A DNA stretch of 63,369 nt, filler included, from Octopus bimaculoides (GCF_001194135.2; 6 parts of 6 records of this genome joined end to end with filler, not necessarily neighbours in it), one strand, 5' to 3'. Counted from the whole stretch's first letter, positions 1 to 13,262 are shown. The notes: generated from the sequence alone by a model not told the origin. Made by a program: numbers and translations.

Positions 1-9
1 ATATATACA

Positions 10-98
10 CAAGGGGCATATTAACAGTCTTGAGCCTCAAAAAAAAAAAAGAAAAAAAAAACATAGTACGAGGCTCAAAAGGTTTGATACACCCTTCG
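10..98. mobile_element. Short Tc1/mariner-type MITE (degenerate ~29-bp TIRs around an A-rich spacer)
   Basis: Left CAAGGGGCATATTAACAGTCTTGAGCCTC versus reverse complement of right end CGAAGGGTGTATCAAACCTTTTGAGCCTC; TA follows the right end. Confidence 0.5.
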
Positions 99-369
99 TA
101 TATATAAACACACACACACACACACACACACACATATGTATGTTTGTTGTATGTATATATACACAATAAGTACATATAGATGTATACGTATATATACGTT
201 TCTAAACAAGATTCAAAGCTCCTTCAATGGAATTTCAACAACATCAACATGGTATTTAAACATGTATGTGTGTATGTGAGCAGTATTTGGAGTCAATGCA
301 TGTTCAGATTTGTATATATATGTATATTCTCATGCATATAGCTGCATGTCCAATCATGCGCATATTTCC

Positions 370-1200
370 CTTAAATGCTAAACTGGAAAGTTTAGCAAAT
401 ATCTTATAGTTATAAGGATAGCTTCAATCTCTGATATTCGAATTAACTTTCGGGGGGTTTTGAGAAGCCTGATTTCTCAATATTAGTGCCCAGGCAGTTT
501 GTTATAATTATTACGCCCTAGTTATTACAAGAATAAACTTGAACTTGGAATCTGGGTAGAGTAGCTCTTAATTTCTCAATAGTTAAACGTAGGTGTTGTC
601 CCTTTTACAAACTTTTGGTTTTATGACATCCGCTGTGCAGCTGAGTTCCACAAATGTACACAGTTTCTCTTCTGCGTCCCAAATTACACTCTATGGTCTA
701 TCATTGTTACATTTTACTGAGGTTTTCACTGGGACATTCCACTAGTACGAGTGGCTATGACCTCTCCTATACTGTAGGTTCTTATCTTAGCATTGACGTT
801 CCGATGGATCTCATTATACAGTGTGTCGACTTCAACATAATGTCTCATCGGTAAATAAATACTGCGAAGTAATTTTTGGACAATTGTTTCTGGTGTGGGT
901 GATATCTTCGCTCCGCAAAGTCTGCATCGGCTATCACATTTTGGTGTTTCTCCTGCGTCTTTGTCCCTCTTCCGTTTCAGGGATTTTGTTGTGATTTTCT
1001 GTTACAGGATTGCAAATTCCTACCCTTCAAAATGACAGTAATCCCGTTGTTTATCCATGATAAACTACTTTGAATATCAATGTTAATGTCACCGTGGAGC
1101 TTTCAACTAACATATACATGCATGATCTTCTGCTGATATACACTCATCCTTTCATCTAATGATAGCTTACGATAGTATCATCCAAATTCTTTGGGTATGC
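370..1200 (-). mobile_element. Decayed non-LTR retrotransposon with restriction-like endonuclease (R4/Dong/NeSL/CRE-type), C-terminal part
   Basis: Minus-strand translation across stops and frameshifts gives HFEG*EFAIL*QKITTKSLKRKRDKDAGETPKCDSRCRLC..EDITH...CPK..SQY.LPMRH and W.VPVKTSVKCNNDRP...IWDAEEKLCTFVELSC: a CCHC knuckle followed by an RH...RPD..E-type RLE motif. Confidence 0.8.
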
Positions 1201-1528
1201 GTACATGGTTAGCAGACAAGGAATGCTACTGGACGGGCTGCTTTCCAAGTGTTATAATGTTATTTGCTTCGCGTATGAAAACTTGGTCAAGGGTTGCACT
1301 ACGACACTTGGTGAATAAAAAATGTTGACGAAGGAATCTGATATGACATTCAAAGGCAATCTGGATCGACATTAAACCTCTGACTGCTTTTTTTTTGTTT
1401 TAGGTAGAGGCGGTCTACGTCACTGTTGATATGAAAATTATTTGTGCTGTATGTATGTATGTATGTATGTATGTATGTATGTCAGTAGTGTGTGTGTGTG
1501 TTTGTGTGTTTGTGTACGTACGTATGTA

Positions 1529-1565
<37 letters not shown>

Positions 1566-1867
1566 ATNNNNNNNNNNNNNNNNNNNNNNNNNNNNNNNNN
1601 NNNNNNNNNNNNNNNNNNNNNNNNNNNNNNNNNNNNNNNNNNNNNNNNNNNNNNNNNNNNNNNNNNNNNNNNNNNNNNNNNNNNNNNNNNNNNNNNNNNN
1701 NNNNNNNNNNNNNNNNNNNNNNNNNNNNNNNNNNNNNNNNNNNNNNNNNNNNNNNNNNNNNNNNNNNNNNNNNNNNNNNNNNNNNNNNNNNNNNNNNNNN
1801 NNNNNNNNNNNNNNNNNNNNNNNNNNNNNNNNNNNNNNNNNNNNNNNNNNNNNNNNNNNNNNNNNNN

Positions 1868-1913
<46 letters not shown>

Positions 1914-2639
1914 TGACCAGAAACAACTTAAAACTTTTGCTGCGCAGGAGAGATCCAAACTCGCTGCCGTTTATTTGCAACAAGACATATAATTGGACAA
2001 TGCATTTTCAATTCAAAGCAAGGTTCAACAACAATACACGTGATTTGCTGCAGAAAGACGATGAATGGGTAATATCTATCCGACATGGCAGGTATTTCAA
2101 ATTGAAGAATATTAAAGAATATTCCATTTCCTTTAAATCGTCTAAATAACATGATAATAATATATAAAATATCAGACTTCTGGTGAAGAACGATCTATAA
2201 TTGACTCGTAGATATGCTATAAAATCGTTTTCTTATATCAATCTTTGGCGATTTGGTTTATATAGAAATGGTTATACGAGATAATTTCAAATAAAATTTA
2301 CTTTAAATTTCGACAAAGGAGAAAGTAGAGGAATTGCTTAACCAATAAATACTTTCTACAAGTAAGAAGGCTTATATGTATATATATGTATATATATATA
2401 TGTATCATATCATATTATATTCCATTGTATATATGTTTATATGATTATGGATTCAAGTCTCGAGATACAATAAAAAAAAACAATAATTTAAAATGACATA
2501 CTGGTCTTACTAACGAAAGTTTCACACTTCGCAAACGCATTCAGACACACCGGAAAACTAACGAGAGTGTTCACAATTTACGGAGGTCATTGTAAATGCC
2601 ACAGTGTTTCAGATCATCGAAAAATTCTGATCAGATCTA

Positions 2640-2960
2640 TTTCATTGACGCCGAAAGGAGAAATGACAATATTAACCTCGGTGGAATTTTAAGTTAAAAC
2701 GTAAAGCTAGACGACATGCCACTAAGCATTTTGATCGGAGTTTTAGAGGTTCTATCCTTCCGCCGCTTTAATAATCCTTTACACTATAGGCCTGAAACTT
2801 TGGAAGAGGGCTCTAGTTGATTACTTCAACTCTGGTTTTCAACTGGCACTCATTTCATCGACACTGAGAGATTGAGACAAGAAATCAACCTCGGCGCAAT
2901 TAGAAATCAGAACGTAAAGACGGACGGTATGGCACTAAGCATGATGTAGAGCGTGCTCAA
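2640..2960 (-). mobile_element. Two decayed fragments of tRNA-headed SINE family D
   Basis: Match the window's other copies (consensus-like AAAGGCAAAGTCGACCTCGGCGGAATTTGAACTC; see 7380-7583, 39955-40145, 49255-49460). Confidence 0.7.
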
Positions 2961-3499
2961 CAGAGCTTAATATTAGTAGAACAGAATGGAGTAAGTGAAG
3001 CAAGAGCACACACGAAAACGAAAAGTATTACTGAAGAGGTTAGAGATGTGTGACGAAACATTTCCGGATAAGGGGCATGAGTTTAGATAATAAAATAAGA
3101 ACAGCAATAAACGAGTGAAGAAAAAATATGTAGTGCGCGTGTTTAATCGGGAAAAAATGACCGTCCCGAAATACATCAATATCTGTTTCAACAAACGATT
3201 TCACATCAAAAATCTTGCAAAACGAATTGATAAACGCATCTATATATTCTTTTATTCTTTTCTTTAACTTGTTTCAATCATTTGACTGCGGCCATGCCGG
3301 AGCAATACCACTCCCTGGTAGTATACGCAGATTCTCTGCGATATCACTTGTCGCGCACATGGTAATTTCTTGAGGGAAGGACAGTTAAACTGGCTGACCG
3401 AGGTGGATTCGGTTATGCTTTCAGACCTGTGTCGGTGTGGAATGTTACTAGTCCATGCTTACACGGTTTGCTAGCATAGTCAAATTTACTACTGGAATA

Positions 3500-3556
3500 C
3501 AGTACTGATGAAGGAAATTGATTATTATCAATCATGATCTAGAAACGCGTCTGCTG
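3500..3556 (+). ncRNA. Minimal type I hammerhead ribozyme (PLE/retrozyme type)
   Basis: cagta CTGATGA [aggaa attgat tatt atcaat catgatcta] GAAA CGCG TC tgctg: complete core, 5-bp stem I (one G-U), palindromic CGCG stem III and GUC cleavage triplet. Base of stem II is non-canonical (A.A). Confidence 0.65.
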
Positions 3557-3942
3557 TTAAACATCGGAATTGGTTAGTTTTCATTGTTTTTTCTTCTTGT
3601 TTTNNNNNNNNNNNNNNNNNNNNNNNNNNNNNNNNNNNNNNNNNNNNNNNNNNNNNNNNNNNNNNNNNNNNNNNNNNNNNNNNNNNNNNNNNNNNNNNNN
3701 NNNNNNNNNNNNNNNNNNNNNNNNNNNNNNNNNNNNNNNNNNNNNNNNNNNNNNNNNNNNNNNNNNNNNNNNNNNNNNNNNNNNNNNNNNNNNNNNNNNN
3801 NNNNNNNNNNNNNNNNNNNNNNNNNNNNNNNNNNNNNNNNNNNNNNNNNNNNNNNNNNNNNNNNNNNNNNNNNNNNNNNNNNNNNNNNNNNNNNNNNNNN
3901 NNNNNNNNNNNNNNNNNNNNNNNNNNNNNNNNNNNNNTATAT

Positions 3943-4069
<127 letters not shown>

Positions 4070-4079
4070 AGTGTATACC

Positions 4080-4480
4080 AACACAAATTTTGAAACCGTG
4101 CCTCTTTTATTTCACTGTAGCACACCACTAAGAGTTTCCAGCAAAACATACTCCTATATACTGTATATTACGTGAAGAGTGCACATAAATAACATTGTTC
4201 ACAATTCACCTGCGTTCATTCTTCGCCGCCATCTTAGACCAATTTCTCATCATCTTTAATGGCATAAACACACTTTTCGAAAACCTCAGACACATATTCA
4301 GGCTCTTCAACTAATAATCTCATCAACCCCAAACTTAGGAAGCAACACCGCTTAACCTAAACATATGCATTTATAACACAAATACACTCCTCTAATACTC
4401 ACACTTATACCATTCCCTATTATTCCCACTTGTCGACGCCCAAAGGCTGAGATATACATGTACACTCCACCTCTTCCTCC
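4080..4480 (+). mobile_element. Highly decayed Penelope-like element 3' end (GIY-YIG remnant)
   Basis: Fragmentary translations PIYCILREEC, LRSFFAAIL and PISHHL resemble NxIYCIxC / LxxRFxEHL / PVSRHF of PLE endonucleases, followed by a pyrimidine-rich tail. Confidence 0.4.
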
Positions 4481-5043
4481 TTCTCCTCGTCCTCCTCCCT
4501 AACTACTCTCACATAACAGCATTCTATTTTTGGTTTTTATTCGCTTCCATTCTTCTCCCGCGCAAACTTCTCCAAATTAATTTCCCCATTCTGATTTCAT
4601 TTACATTAAATCATTTTCTAATTCACCAATATTTTGGGTTTTTGTTTTCATCTTTTTTTATTTGTTTTTTTTTTCTTCACACACTCATTGTTTTGTCTCC
4701 CTAATCATCTACGTTTCTCTTTTTCACATCCAAATCTTTGTAATCAGCATACTCAGTTAAGATTAGTCAAGCTTTAATCTTATACCGTTTTCGTTGTACG
4801 TTGTTTTCCTGCATTTTACTTTGTCTTTTTTTAGTGGGATTTGATATACAATCATACATACATACATACATACATACGTACACAGATACATATATACATA
4901 CATACATGCATACATAACTCTTTGTCTTTCCGTCTCTCTCTTTCATCTCCCTCTCTCCTTCCTTCTCCTCTCTCCCTACATACATACATTCATACATACA
5001 AAAGCAAATGCATAGAGAAAAGGAAACACAAATTAAACTATTA

Positions 5044-5214
5044 GGCGTAAGCATGGCTGTGTGGTAAGAAGCTTGATTCCCAACTACATGGTTTCCGTGT
5101 TCAGTCCCACTGCGTGGCATCTTGGGGAAGTGTTTTCTACTACAGCCTAGAGCCGACCAAAACCTTGTGAGTGCATTTGGTAGATGGAAACTGGAAACTG
5201 AAAGAAGCCCATCG

Positions 5215-5260
<46 letters not shown>

Positions 5261-5455
5261 TATATTTTTGTGCCTGTATTTGTCCCCCACCATCGCTTTA
5301 CAATCGCGTCCCCGTAACTTAGCGATTCGGCAAAAGAGGCTGATAGAATAAGCACTAGGCTTACAAAGAGTAAGTCCTGGGATCGAATTGTTCTACTAAA
5401 AGCGGTGCTCCATCATGCTCACCGTCAAATGACTGAAACAAATAAAAAAATACAA
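5044..5455 (+). mobile_element. SINE family A (tRNA-like head, central domain, internal (TA)n, LINE-like tail), full length
   Basis: GGCGTAAGCATGGCTGTGTGGTAAG head, GGTTCAGTCCCACTGCGTGG B-box region, internal (TA)n and tail ...GCGGTGCTCCA.CATG...GTCAAATGACTGAAACAA. Many copies in the window. Confidence 0.9.
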
Positions 5456-6244
5456 TAATAAAAGAATAAGCTAGTGAGAGGTAGACAAACAAATAAATAA
5501 TACATGAAATTAAGCAAGTAAAACATGCTTAAAAATAAAAATAAACAAAACTGAAAGTATATTTATATGGAAAATTAATGGGTTAAAAGAAAAGAATCGA
5601 AGTTTATCTCACGTTTCGTGTTATATACGTTATCAAAATTAAACGGATAAATAAAATTACCAAAATAAACAAATATAAATAGTAAAACCAAATTTACATT
5701 CCAGGCTTGATGATCAAACCATAGAAAGTTCAGTATCTTTTCTAAAATACGAGATGGCTTAGTAATCATCGTTCATTTTTTATGTTAAATAAAGTAGGAA
5801 ATCAATATATATAGAATAAGTCTCTCACATTAAATTATTTTAGGGTGCTTGTGGCTAAACTCTGAACTAAAGGTGATAGGAAATCTAGACATGCTAAAAC
5901 TGTGTAGGACAACCATATTTAATATAAACAGATACGTGTTTTTTTTTGTTTTAGATAACCAATATTGCACACACTGAATCCTTACATATATCTGCAGATA
6001 TGTCTGTGTGAGTTCATGCGTATGTGTGTGTGTGTATATGTGCGTGTGTGTGTATGTGTGTGTGTGCGTGTGTGTGTGTGTTTATGTTTCAAATGAACCA
6101 TCTCCGTTGCACTAACCCAGCACGAATAGGTCGGAAAAAATCAACAGTATACGCAGTATAGAAACACGTTATCAACTCTAGACATATTGAAAGGCACTGT
6201 GAAGACTCCTACATCATAGAGGAAAGATGTCTCTGTGTTCCCTG

Positions 6245-6480
6245 AGTGAAAAGCTAAGGAGTGTAAATATAGCACAAAGTATAATTATGAGACGAAAGGA
6301 CAGTTCGACTGTTCCTAATGATTCATTTCATATGAAAGCACGACGCAAGCTTGCATTTCCTGTTCCAATGTGTCCTGCTGTGAAAGTGTATAAATAAGGA
6401 TGAAATAATTACTCATAGCGTTACTTGTAGATAAGTGATTATCACAAATGGGAATCTTTATTACAGGTATAATTAGACAT
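6245..6480 (-). repeat. ~240-bp dispersed repeat, inverted relative to copy at 10441-10685
   Basis: Reverse complement aligns end to end with 10441-10685 at roughly 75-80% identity by eye. Confidence 0.85.
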
Positions 6481-7379
6481 ACAGAAAAACACTTAAAATT
6501 ACCAGTATACATGTATCAAGATTGTAGACCAGTAACTCTTGCAAATTATAATTGGAAGCCCACATTCCTACCTGGTAAAGGTGAACATTCTTAACAATAA
6601 AACTCTCATGTACTTATATGAACCACTACTTGTCTTAGAAAATGAAAATATGGAAATAATAGAAAACTTCAGCATACGGTCTCACGATATGATAATATGT
6701 AAAAAGCACGACAGAAATATAACAGCATATTGTTCACCGACATAGCAATACACTATATTGTGCAAAAGACAACTGAAAATGTTTCGAAATTATACTGACA
6801 TAGCTCTTTAACTAAACCTATAACTGCGATTAGGAAATATGCTTACAAGCCTATTTATGATTGACACAACGAGAATAAAACGCAATCATGCTTGTAATAA
6901 CATTGATAAATTCATTATAAAGACAGATAGAGTTTCGCTCCAGAAACGTTGCAGTACTAGGGTCGGTGAAATTGTTAGGATACTCACATACACTACTTGT
7001 TAAACCTGAACTCTCAGCTTAACTCTAAATATTATTATGCGCCTTTCCAGTTGTAAATCATATCAAACGTGCTCCCTATGGGTGGTTTCAGTTGTACAGT
7101 CATATTAAATTTACTATTTGGATTTGTTTGCCAAGAGGCACGGGATGTCATGTCTTCAAGTATTTATCATGCCACGAAAAATAAATATAATGATATTGGT
7201 TTCAAATGTTGGCGCAAGGCCAGTAAGTTCGGGGTGACGGAGTTTAGTCGATTAAATCAATCCCAGTATTCAACTATTATTATTCTATCGACTTCAAAAT
7301 GATGAACAGCAAAGTCGACAATATTAACATAATAGTAACAACGACTAAAACAACTGCAGTAATAATGATAATAATCCTT

Positions 7380-7583
7380 TCTACTAAAGGCCGAAGGCCT
7401 GACATTTTGGAGGGGCTGACTGTTCGATCACATTGACTCCATGTTTCACTGATATTTAATTTATTGATACAGAAAGGATTAAAGGCAAAGTCGACCTCGG
7501 TGGAACTTGAACTCCGAACGTGAAGACGGACGAAATGCTGCTAAACATTTTATCCGGCGTGCTAATGATTCTTCCAGTTTGCC
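7380..7583 (-). mobile_element. SINE family D
   Basis: AAAGGCAAAGTCGACCTCGGTGGAACTTGAACTCCGAACGTGAAGACGGACGAAATGCTGCTAAACATTT; tRNA-like head on the minus strand. Confidence 0.85.
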
Positions 7584-7871
<288 letters not shown>

Positions 7872-8480
7872 GCGTCTCCTTCCCAGCCAAAGAAAGTAGC
7901 GGGGCAATATTCACGATGGACTCGGCTGATAGTCGGATCCGTTCAACACACGCCAACAGCTGTTCGACAAAGCTCCACGAGTTAGTAATGCCCGGACATT
8001 GGACGAGTGCATGCAGAACAGTTTTATCTCCCTGTTCATACCTCGGACATATCTGTCTGATAGCACTCCCATGCCTAGAGCTCGGTTAAAACTGCCTGGC
8101 CAGAATTTCTGGAAATTATTTATTGGCCCTACCCGAAAGTCGTCCGGAAAAGACCAGCTAATTGATTCTTTTCAACGCCCAGAGTTTCTCTGGAGACGTT
8201 GTCGCTCTTGTTCGCCACTAATCCCTTATAGAACTCCAGTGTGGTACTTCCATCGACCACATTGTGCAACTGTGGGCGTTGGCTTACACTCCAGGTGCCA
8301 AGCGCTCTTTCTCGGTCTACGCCTGATGCAGGACTGACGCTCTGTCAATCAGACGAGCTTCAGAAAATCCTGTGTAACAAAAAGTGATCACACCCTCTGA
8401 CCGTCAAGGAAACGCTGGAAATGTTGCAACCTCGCGCAAGACAGTTTCTCATTAGCTACACCGTGTCCCTTTTCAATTCA
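7872..8480 (-). mobile_element. L1/Tx1-clade LINE ORF2 C-terminal fragment
   Basis: Minus-strand pieces GPINNFQK..., CPR..QGDKTVLHALVQCP..SWSFVEQLLACVERIRLSAESIVNIAP contain the CxxC...HAL..C zinc knuckle typical of Tx1/L1 ORF2; frameshifted. Confidence 0.75.
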
Positions 8481-8814
8481 GCAGTTGCACAACAGTAATA
8501 GTAGTAACCATTACTATTATATATGTAAAGTGTATAATATAATATAATATAATATAATATAATATAATATAATATAATATCAGTATATTTTACTTATACA
8601 ACTTTGAATTATCACTTTGGCTCCGAACAGAAGTAAAGCAGGACTGTTTTCCAATGTGACGTACCACCAATAAATTATTGAGATTAAGCGAGATGATACA
8701 AGGACAAGCAAACAGCAAATACTTGTCATTAGTTGAACAGGGCACTGTTGTTCATTAGCCCCACTCTAGAAGACTATAACTGAAGGAGTTTCTTGCAAAA
8801 ATGCAAACTGACTG

Positions 8815-9197
8815 TTGTTGGCACTCCGTCGCTTACGACGTCGAGGGTTCCAGTTGATCCGATCAACGGAACAGCCTGCTCGTGAAGTTAACGTTCAAGT
8901 GGCTGAGCACACCACAGACACGTGTACCCTTAACGTAGTTCTCGGGGATATTCAGCGTGACACAGTGTGACAAGGCTGACCCTTTGAATTACAGGCACAA
9001 CAGAAACAGGAAGTAAGAATGAGAGAAAGTTGTGGTGGAAGAGTACAGCAGGGTTCGCCACCATCTCCTGCCGGAGCCTCGTGGAGCTTTAGGTGTTTTC
9101 GTTCAATAAACACTCACAACGCTCGGTCTGGGAATCGAAACCGCGATCCTATGACCACGAGTCCGCTGCCCTAACCACTGGGTCATTGCGCCTCCAC
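8815..9197 (-). mobile_element. SINE family B (tRNA-derived, CpG-rich intact copy)
   Basis: Minus strand begins GTGGAGGCGCAATGACCCAGTGGTTAGGGCAGCGGACTCGTGGTCATAGGATCGCGGTTTCGATTCCCAG (A and B boxes). Related copies at 35665, 40950 and 57752. Confidence 0.9.
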
Positions 9198-9921
9198 GCA
9201 AACTGACTAGTTGATCTTATATCACTCAAACTGCCAGCCTCTTCTGTTTCTGCTACTGTTTTAGGCCTCGGGAGCTGTTTGCATCCATTTAAACATCACT
9301 CAGGCATTCTCGTCCCAATCATCTCTATTTAACAGTTTTCTTGTATACAACTGAAGCACAGGTACAGGCACTAATCATTACCTACAAATAATCTTCACTA
9401 TTCTACTGGTTTTTTTTGTTAGGAAGTATATGTTATCTAAGTGTACATTATATGAAGTATCATTTATTTTTAATGAAGTGTAGCGTAGAGCGCTTGTAGT
9501 GATGCCATCATATAGAGGGCCACTGAACAGCGGTGTTATAGTTACAATACGAAATGCTAGCATTTCAGTGTGTTAGGTCGGCTTTCATACATATTAAATT
9601 ATAAATGTAAACAATTGTGGATGCTCTCCGATACACAATGTTACAGAGAACCAATTGGGAAACGTCTTTCCTGACCGATGTTTGCATCTGATTGTCGAAA
9701 CGTCTGTCGTCCAAGATGTACATAAATACAGTTAATAGAATAATTAGTTGGTTCAGTCGCGAAGAACCCGATCACGCACGCGCACACACAAAACACACAC
9801 ACGGACGCACACACACACTCACACTCCCAAACACACAAACACACACACATGCACTCACATACGTATATGTGTGTATGTGTGTACATTTCCAAATGTATAA
9901 TTGTATATGTAATTATAAATA

Positions 9922-9958
<37 letters not shown>

Positions 9959-10260
9959 GTGTGCGTGTATACTATTATGTATAAGTATGTATGTTATATC
10001 TACTGAGATATACATATACAGACGTAGAGGTGTATATATGCGCGTTTGTGCGTATATATGATTGTCTGTATATNNNNNNNNNNNNNNNNNNNNNNNNNNN
10101 NNNNNNNNNNNNNNNNNNNNNNNNNNNNNNNNNNNNNNNNNNNNNNNNNNNNNNNNNNNNNNNNNNNNNNNNNNNNNNNNNNNNNNNNNNNNNNNNNNNN
10201 NNNNNNNNNNNNNNNNNNNNNNNNNNNNNNNNNNNNNNNNNNNNNNNNNNNNNNNNNNNN

Positions 10261-10301
<41 letters not shown>

Positions 10302-10440
10302 TCTGTTTATAATCAAAAGTATGTATTTACATATAAATGAGTGGAGTGTATGTATATGTGCATGTGCTTGTGCATAAGAAAACCTGTCATCGTGCTTTTA
10401 TGTATATGAATACATGTATGTTTATTTGGTTGCCTGTGTG

Positions 10441-10685
10441 CGTCTAATTATGACACTGTAATAAAGATTCCCGTTTGTAATAATCACGTACACATAAGCC
10501 AGGCGAAGATTAATTATTTCATTCTTATTTATACATTCTCACAGCAGGACACATAAGAACGGGAAATGCAAACTTACATCCTGCTTTCATATAAAATGAA
10601 TCATTAAGAAGCATTGCGCTATCCTTTCGTCTCATAATTATGGTTTGCTCTATCGTCACACTCTTTAGCTTTTCACCCAGAGGAC
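10441..10685 (+). repeat. ~240-bp dispersed repeat, partner of 6245-6480
   Basis: See 6245-6480. Confidence 0.85.
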
Positions 10686-12208
10686 AATACTTTCGACATA
10701 CGAAGAAAATGCAATTGGAAATATCTGAAATGTAGCATTATCGTAGCCCGAAGAAAATCATGCATGCACAATGTAAAGATAACTACAATAACATCCGAGA
10801 TTTGTCCCAGGCGAGTTCCAAGATCAATAAAGCCGTTTGCTGTCTTCATTTGAATGCACAATATGCAGCTTATTACCTGTATGCTTGCCAATTACTGTGA
10901 AGCAAGCAATTATTCCGTTGCTGATTGCTGACTTACACACTCAGTGTGAATTTAAAGCTTAGGGTGCGTGAAAGAAAGATAGAAAAATAAGGTTAATGCC
11001 AAAGGTTAATCCTGACTAAAGAATATAAACTAAATACAGACAACAGACTCCTTGCCATATGATTCTGTAGAATTTGTGGTTTAAAGGGGCGTTGAAATAA
11101 CTTGCATTATTTAAATACCTACGTTTTGATTTCGAATTTCATGGAAATTAACTTTACACTTCATTAACCAAAACAAAGTCGATCAATTAACGACCGGTAA
11201 CTTACTATGGAAGATTTAGTATACTGTGCCAAGTATACAATAAATATTTAAATATTAGAAATACACTTCAGGTTAGGCTTGTCTGTGAAGCACAGTTGTT
11301 TGCTCATTGAATGTAGCCTTTTTTTAATATGATATGCGTAATAGTGAAATGCAGAAACATCACATTTTCTTAGTTATATATAAAGAAAATTAAAAAACAA
11401 AACCCTCATCTCATTCTAAACGAAAGAAACATATATTATATAATATAGACTGAAGAACAACAAATGAATAATCAGGACAGAATGGACAGAATGGACACCA
11501 AGACACAGGACAAAATCAACTGGTTGACAAAAACAAAAAAAAAATAGATAGCGAAATAATCTCATTGGTTACTTGGGGTGTACATGGCAATGACTGGCTA
11601 AAAACAGACAGCTTTGAAAGGAGCCCAAAGACGCACGAAATGTCACTAAGCGTCCCCCATCCAAAATCCGGTGCGTTAACTGTTCCGCCATTCGCCGCCT
11701 TTTTGCTTGTTGTATATTACTGTTTAATATGGTAGACAACTAAAAAAATTCTCATGCTTTATAATTATGTGATTTTTAGGAAACTTCTGAAGCTCAAATT
11801 AAGCAATGAATAACAAATCCTAATATATCGGGCAAAAACAGACCCGAAGAAAATAATTTAACAGAATCACCTACGGGATCGAAAATAAGTGTCAGACAAA
11901 GGGATCGATGCCTGAAGGAGATTCTACCTATGTTTATTTTCGTCGAATTTGTAGCTTACTCACTGTATTATAAGAGAATTGTTTTTGTGTACTTACCTTC
12001 CTAACAAGGATCTATTTTCAAATTTCGTACTGCTTCAAAGCAACTGACTAATATTTAAATAATTATTTATTAATTTACTCTTTCAGTGTGGTTTTTCTTT
12101 TTTCTTCTTCTTTCTTGTCTTTTCTTTTTTTCTTTTTTGTTTTGTTTACATCCTATTTCATTAATGTAATTGTCACTGCTAATACGCACTTTTCTGATAT
12201 TTTCAATG

Positions 12209-12308
12209 NNNNNNNNNNNNNNNNNNNNNNNNNNNNNNNNNNNNNNNNNNNNTTAATTAATTAANNNNNNNNNNNNNNNNNNNNNNNNNNNNNNNNNNNN
12301 NNNNNNNN
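12209..12308. other. Assembly join: 44 N + TTAATTAATTAA + 44 N (same marker at 31542-31641, 44029-44128, 49762-49861, 53799-53898)
   Basis: Five identical 100-bp constructs with an all-frame stop linker at the centre; an artificial unsized-gap marker, not biological sequence. Confidence 0.95.
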
Positions 12309-13262
12309 AAAATTCAGAAGTGGAGATTTCAGCCTTGAAGATGAAGATCGAACAGGACGTCCATTTGATTTTGAAGATAAGCTCCTTGAGGCATTGCTTG
12401 AAAAAAATCCTGCATTATCAGTTGAAGAATTGGCAGTAAAGCTTAGTTCAAACCATACAACTGTTCATCGCCACCAACTTCAACAACTTGAAATGGTTCC
12501 TAAACTTGGAAAATGGGCGCCTCATGAATTGTCCGAAAGCAACCGCAAATCCCGTGTTGACATTTGCTCTTCTCTGCATTCTCACGAACTCATTTCACCC
12601 TTTTTGGATAGACTTGTGACTGGTGACGAAAAATGGATCTTCTATCGAAATGTTAAACATCATAAACAGTGGCTTGGTAAAAGGGAAAAAGCTCAACCAC
12701 AACCGAGAAGGGAACTTCATAGGAAAAAGGTTCTTCTCTGTATCTGGTGGGATTGCAAAGGAGTAATTCACTTTGAATTGTTACCACCTAATGCAACAAT
12801 CAATACTCAAGCCTTTAGAGCGTTTGAAGCAAGCTTTGAAGGAAAGAAGACCCGCCTTAATGAATCGAAAAGGAATGATGTTTCATCAGGACAATGCACG
12901 ACCCCACACTGCAAAGATCAGATCACAGAAGATCGAAGAGCTTGGTTGGGAAACAATTCCTCATCCACCTTATTCTCCCGATCTTACTCCTTCAGACTAC
13001 CATTTGTTTCGTATTTTACAGAATCATTTGTGGTACATAACTTTCGCAAGCCAGGAGGAGGTCGAATCTGACATTTCAGAGTTCTTCGCTTTGAAAGCAA
13101 AAGAGTTTTACATTGATGGGATTAAAAAGCTCGTAAATAGATGGAAAGAAGTCGTAGATAATCAGGGAAAGTACATTGATGATTAAATTTCAATTAAATA
13201 TAACATTTGATCACTTGTTTTCTTTATTCAAAATTCGGACAGAACTTATGGAATGACCTGAT
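12309..13262 (+). mobile_element. mariner (DD34D) transposon, 5' end lost in gap, one frameshift
   Basis: KFRSGDFSLEDEDRTGRP..KWAPHEL..LVTGDEKWIFY..KVLLCIWWDCKGVIHFELL, then frameshift, then FHQDNARPHTA..HPPYSPDLTPSDYHLF..GKYIDD*. 3' TIR ...GAACTTATGGAATGACCTGATA followed by TA. Confidence 0.95.

Noticed and set aside
2503-2546. Hammerhead-like gtct..CTAACGA aag..ctt CGCAAACGCATTC agac
   Set aside because: Both core segments are mutated; at best a dead relic, so not called as a ribozyme.
3025-3070. CTGAAGA...GAAA motif
   Set aside because: No stem III or cleavage triplet pairing and no stem I.
6900-6960. ...CTCCAGAAACGTTGC, resembling the A-GAAA hammerhead variant
   Set aside because: The CUGAUGA half is absent or degraded and stem I cannot be formed.
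9378-9563. Minus ORF with TPLFSGPLYDG, superficially MFS-like, considered as a missing SLC46 exon
   Set aside because: The rest of the peptide is not hydrophobic, there is no suitable acceptor, and it lies two assembly joins away.
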